Notes under the pieces: model-generated
Seen by the model: the letters and a program-made list of their open reading frames with translations, nothing else
Told to the model about the DNA's origin: nothing
Database searches by the model: none
In this document: in pieces, positions 24,343 to 26,493 of the stretch
Position numbering within the stretch: position 1 is the first letter of the stretch
Layout: every line of letters begins with the position of its first letter
Position numbers and translations under genes: made by a program
From: a bacterium
GTDB lineage: Bacteria > Krumholzibacteriota > Krumholzibacteriia > G020349025
Direction of reading: 5' to 3'
DNA length: 26,493 nucleotides
Assembly (NCBI GenBank): GCA_031362565.1
Contig: JANLSU010000131.1
Span: forward strand, 1-26,493

Positions 24343-25451
24343 GTTGTAACGTGCGAAACACCATTCTCGCTTCCCGCCGCTGGGCGCTGGCATTCGCGCT
24401 CGTTGCGCTCGGCGCGCTGCCGTGGATCGCCTGTTCGAAGAAAGCCGAGCCGGCGCGGACCCAGACCCAGACGCCGGCCGGCGAACAGTTCCGCGTCCGC
24501 CATATGTTGCTGCAGTACAAGGGGGCGGAGCAGGCGGGCGACAAGGTGACGCGTTCCAAGGCGGCAGCGGAGTCGTTGCTGACGGCGCTGCGCGGGCGCG
24601 TCGAGCGCGGTGAGAGCTTTGCAGACCTGGCACGCACGTTTTCGGACGACGCATCGGCATCCGAAGGCGGCGAGATCGCGCCGTTGAAGCCCGGCGAAAC
24701 GCCGCCCGATTTCGAGCACGCGGCGATGGCGTTGCAGCCGGGCGAAATGTCGCCGGTCTTCGTGAGCCCGCTCGGCTTCCACCTCATCCAGAGGCTGGGC
24801 GGCGAGCGCATCGCGGCACAGCACATCTTGATTCGCTATCACGGCGCGCAAGCGGCTCCAGACAGCGTGCGCCGCACCCGGATCGAGGCCTTGGCGCTTA
24901 CCGAAAAGCTCTTGGGGCAGGTGAATGAGCCGGATGTGAGTTTCCCGGTGGCCGCAGCGGCCTTTTCCGAGGACGAGCAGAACGCCGCCAAGGGTGGGTA
25001 CTTGGGTGAGTTTGGGCCGGGCCAGATGGCCAAGGCCTTCGAGGCCGCGGCCTTTGCGCTGCAGGTCGGCCAGATTTCGAAGGTCGTCGAGACGCCATTC
25101 GGTTTTCACATCATCAAACGCGTGCCGATCGAGTCCATTCGCGTCGCGCACATTCTCGTCACCCACCGGGCCAGTGATGGGCTCGAGCAGCAGGGCCGGT
25201 CCGAAGACGAGGCTCTGCGCCGGGCCCTCGATGTCCTGTTTCGCGCCAAAAAGGGCGACGATTTCGAGTCGCTGGCGCGCGAGTACTCCGACGACAAGTT
25301 GACGGCGACCCGCGGCGGCCGCCTGCCGATCTTGTCGCGCGGCCAGACGGTGCCGGAATTCGAGGAGGCCGCCTTCGGGCTCAAGCCCGGGCAGGTGTCC
25401 GAGGTGGTCAAGACCCAGTTCGGGTTCCACGTGATCAAGCGGATCTATTGA
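24339..25451 (+). CDS. Parvulin-type peptidyl-prolyl isomerase, three tandem PpiC domains, probable lipoprotein
   Basis: Three repeats of H(I/M)L..F..(L/A)A..(F/Y)S.D....GG....G.....FE.AA..L..G..S......GFH.I.R. Hydrophobic leader ending WIAC. GTG 24339 overlaps the cysS stop; alternative GTG 24351. Confidence 0.9.
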   Translation: MSCNVRNTILASRRWALAFALVALGALPWIACSKKAEPARTQTQTPAGEQFRVRHMLLQYKGAEQAGDKVTRSKAAAESLLTALRGRVERGESFADLARTFSDDASASEGGEIAPLKPGETPPDFEHAAMALQPGEMSPVFVSPLGFHLIQRLGGERIAAQHILIRYHGAQAAPDSVRRTRIEALALTEKLLGQVNEPDVSFPVAAAAFSEDEQNAAKGGYLGEFGPGQMAKAFEAAAFALQVGQISKVVETPFGFHIIKRVPIESIRVAHILVTHRASDGLEQQGRSEDEALRRALDVLFRAKKGDDFESLAREYSDDKLTATRGGRLPILSRGQTVPEFEEAAFGLKPGQVSEVVKTQFGFHVIKRIY

Positions 25452-25502
25452 CCCCAAACCCTCGAATCCCGACCGGCCCGTGCCAGGGCCCCGAACGCGT
25501 GC

Positions 25503-25531
25503 TTGACTCTGAGGCCAGTGTCTTCTAACAT
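25503..25531 (+). promoter_or_regulatory. sigma70 promoter P1 upstream of the tRNA-tuf operon
   Basis: TTGACT-N17-TAACAT. Confidence 0.65.
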
Positions 25532-25683
25532 CCCCGGTTCGGACGCGGACCGGTCGAAAATCGCGGGCAAAAAGGTATCCCTTCTCTATATGGCTCTCCA
25601 CGAAGCGCGGCGACGCACGCATGGGGCGCTCGCATGGGCTGAGAGCCGAGTTGCGCAGGTTGCGCCCGCGACTTTGGAGGGCC

Positions 25684-25713
25684 TTGACGGAGCAGCCCGC
25701 GGCTCCGTACTGT
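25684..25713 (+). promoter_or_regulatory. sigma70 promoter P2 upstream of the tRNA-tuf operon
   Basis: TTGACG-N18-TACTGT. Confidence 0.55.
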
Positions 25714-25766
25714 GTCGAGGTTTGCGCCTCTCGCGCCGCCCACCTCTTGGCCGGTTTCGAGCCTGT

Positions 25767-25842
25767 GCTGGCGTAGCTCAACTGGTAGAGCCCCTCATTT
25801 GTAATGAGGTGGTTGGGGGTTCAAGTCCTCTCGCCAGCTCCA
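25767..25842 (+). tRNA. tRNA-Thr(TGT)
   Basis: 76-nt cloverleaf, acceptor GCTGGCG/CGCCAGC, anticodon arm CCTCA-TTTGTAA-TGAGG, TTCAAGT loop, encoded CCA. Confidence 0.97.
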
Positions 25843-25891
25843 AACAGAAGTCTTGTGGCGAGGGTCTCGAGATTCATTCGAAGGGAACGCT

Positions 25892-25977
25892 GGGGAGGTT
25901 CCCGAGTGGTCAAAGGGAACAGACTGTAAATCTGTCGCCGTTAGGCTTCGGAGGTTCGAATCCTCCCCTCCCCACCA
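25892..25977 (+). tRNA. tRNA-Tyr(GTA)
   Basis: 86 nt with long variable arm, acceptor GGGGAGG/CCTCCCC, ACAGA-CTGTAAA-TCTGT, encoded CCA. Confidence 0.97.
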
Positions 25978-26097
25978 CTCGACTGTTCGAAAAGCCGCGG
26001 CGGGGCGCGAACCTTACAGAGGGAACGCAGCGAACACCGGCGGTGTGTAGAAAAGGTGCAAGGCGGGCGCCGATCGCGGGCGCCCCGACGGTCACGG

Positions 26098-26173
26098 GCG
26101 GGAATAGCTCAGTTGGTAGAGCATCAGCCTTCCAAGCTGAGGGTCGCGGGTTCGAACCCCGTTTCCCGCTCCA
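26098..26173 (+). tRNA. tRNA-Gly(TCC)
   Basis: Acceptor GCGGGAA/TTCCCGC, TCAGC-CTTCCAA-GCTGA, encoded CCA. Confidence 0.97.
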
Positions 26174-26223
26174 CCTCCGCGATCGGCGGAAATTCCGCCT
26201 CGCGATGAACGGTCCGACTCGGA

Positions 26224-26299
26224 GCCCACATAGCTCAGTCGGTAGAGCATTTGCATGGTAAGCAAAAGGTCACCGGTTCAATTCCGGTTGTGGGCTCCA
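26224..26299 (+). tRNA. tRNA-Thr(GGT)
   Basis: Acceptor GCCCACA/TGTGGGC, TTTGC-ATGGTAA-GCAAA, encoded CCA. Confidence 0.96.
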
Positions 26300-26356
26300 C
26301 CTTCTTCCACAGCGCCAGTCGCGCGGCAAGCCTAACCAAGGGGGGTCTCGATAGCC

Positions 26357-26493
26357 ATGGCACGTCAGAAGTTCGAGCGGACGAAGCCGCACGTGAACGT
26401 TGGGACGATCGGTCACATCGACCATGGGAAGACGACGCTGACGGCGGCGATCACGAAGGTGCTGGCCGGCAAGGGTCTGGCGGAGTTCGTGCC
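26357..26493 (+). CDS. tuf: Elongation factor Tu (3'-partial)
   Basis: [33 protein letters not shown]. Follows the Thr-Tyr-Gly-Thr tRNA cluster as in tufB operons. Confidence 0.98.
   Translation, partial: MARQKFERTKPHVNVGTIGHIDHGKTTLTAAITKVLAGKGLAEFV

Noticed and set aside
22687..24660. 657-aa ORF antisense to cysS
   Set aside because: Same shadow effect; no class II synthetase or other motifs.
25503..26261. 252-aa ORF across the tRNA cluster
   Set aside because: Runs through promoters and several tRNA genes; spurious.
26250..26266. A at position 32 of tRNA-Thr(GGT)
   Set aside because: A purine at 32 is atypical in general but is known for tRNA-Thr(GGU) in other bacteria; the cloverleaf is otherwise normal.
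1..26493. CRISPR array, IS element, prophage or tRNA-derived att duplication
   Set aside because: No regularly spaced repeats, transposase, integrase or phage genes, and no duplicated tRNA 3' end seen by eye. The similarity between 1-270 and ~7120-7390 is paralogous FlgD domain coding.

Overview
High-GC bacterial chromosomal window. Two C-terminal FlgD-Ig 'PNPFNP' sorting domains and the envelope genes suggest a diderm from an FCB-type candidate lineage such as Latescibacterota, Krumholzibacteria or Eisenbacteria (inference). The left ~10.4 kb is accessory and envelope-related: the tail of a FlgD-domain secreted protein, a Hanks-type Ser/Thr kinase with PD40 propellers, a Cys-rich protein with an IPTL-CTERM-like anchor, an uncharacterised two-gene module abutting an apparently 5'-truncated gene, three small general-stress-type membrane genes, and a large secreted zinc metalloprotease with a FlgD tail. 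The right part is mostly housekeeping: DegT aminotransferase, ispD, ispF, gltX, ddl, BtpA, rpmB, SPFH plus Arc/RHH, cysS, a triple-parvulin PPIase, four tRNAs (Thr-Tyr-Gly-Thr) and the start of tuf. It is interrupted by a peptidase/propeller/Omp85-like fusion gene and a SprT-like HExxH protein ending in a possible clamp-binding motif. I saw no CRISPR array, transposase, integrase or rRNA. The best leads are the two-gene module and junction at 4.05-5.2 kb, the Omp85-like fusion with a degenerate VRGF motif, the SprT-like protein, and two structured leaders. No database searches were run; family calls come from motif recognition.
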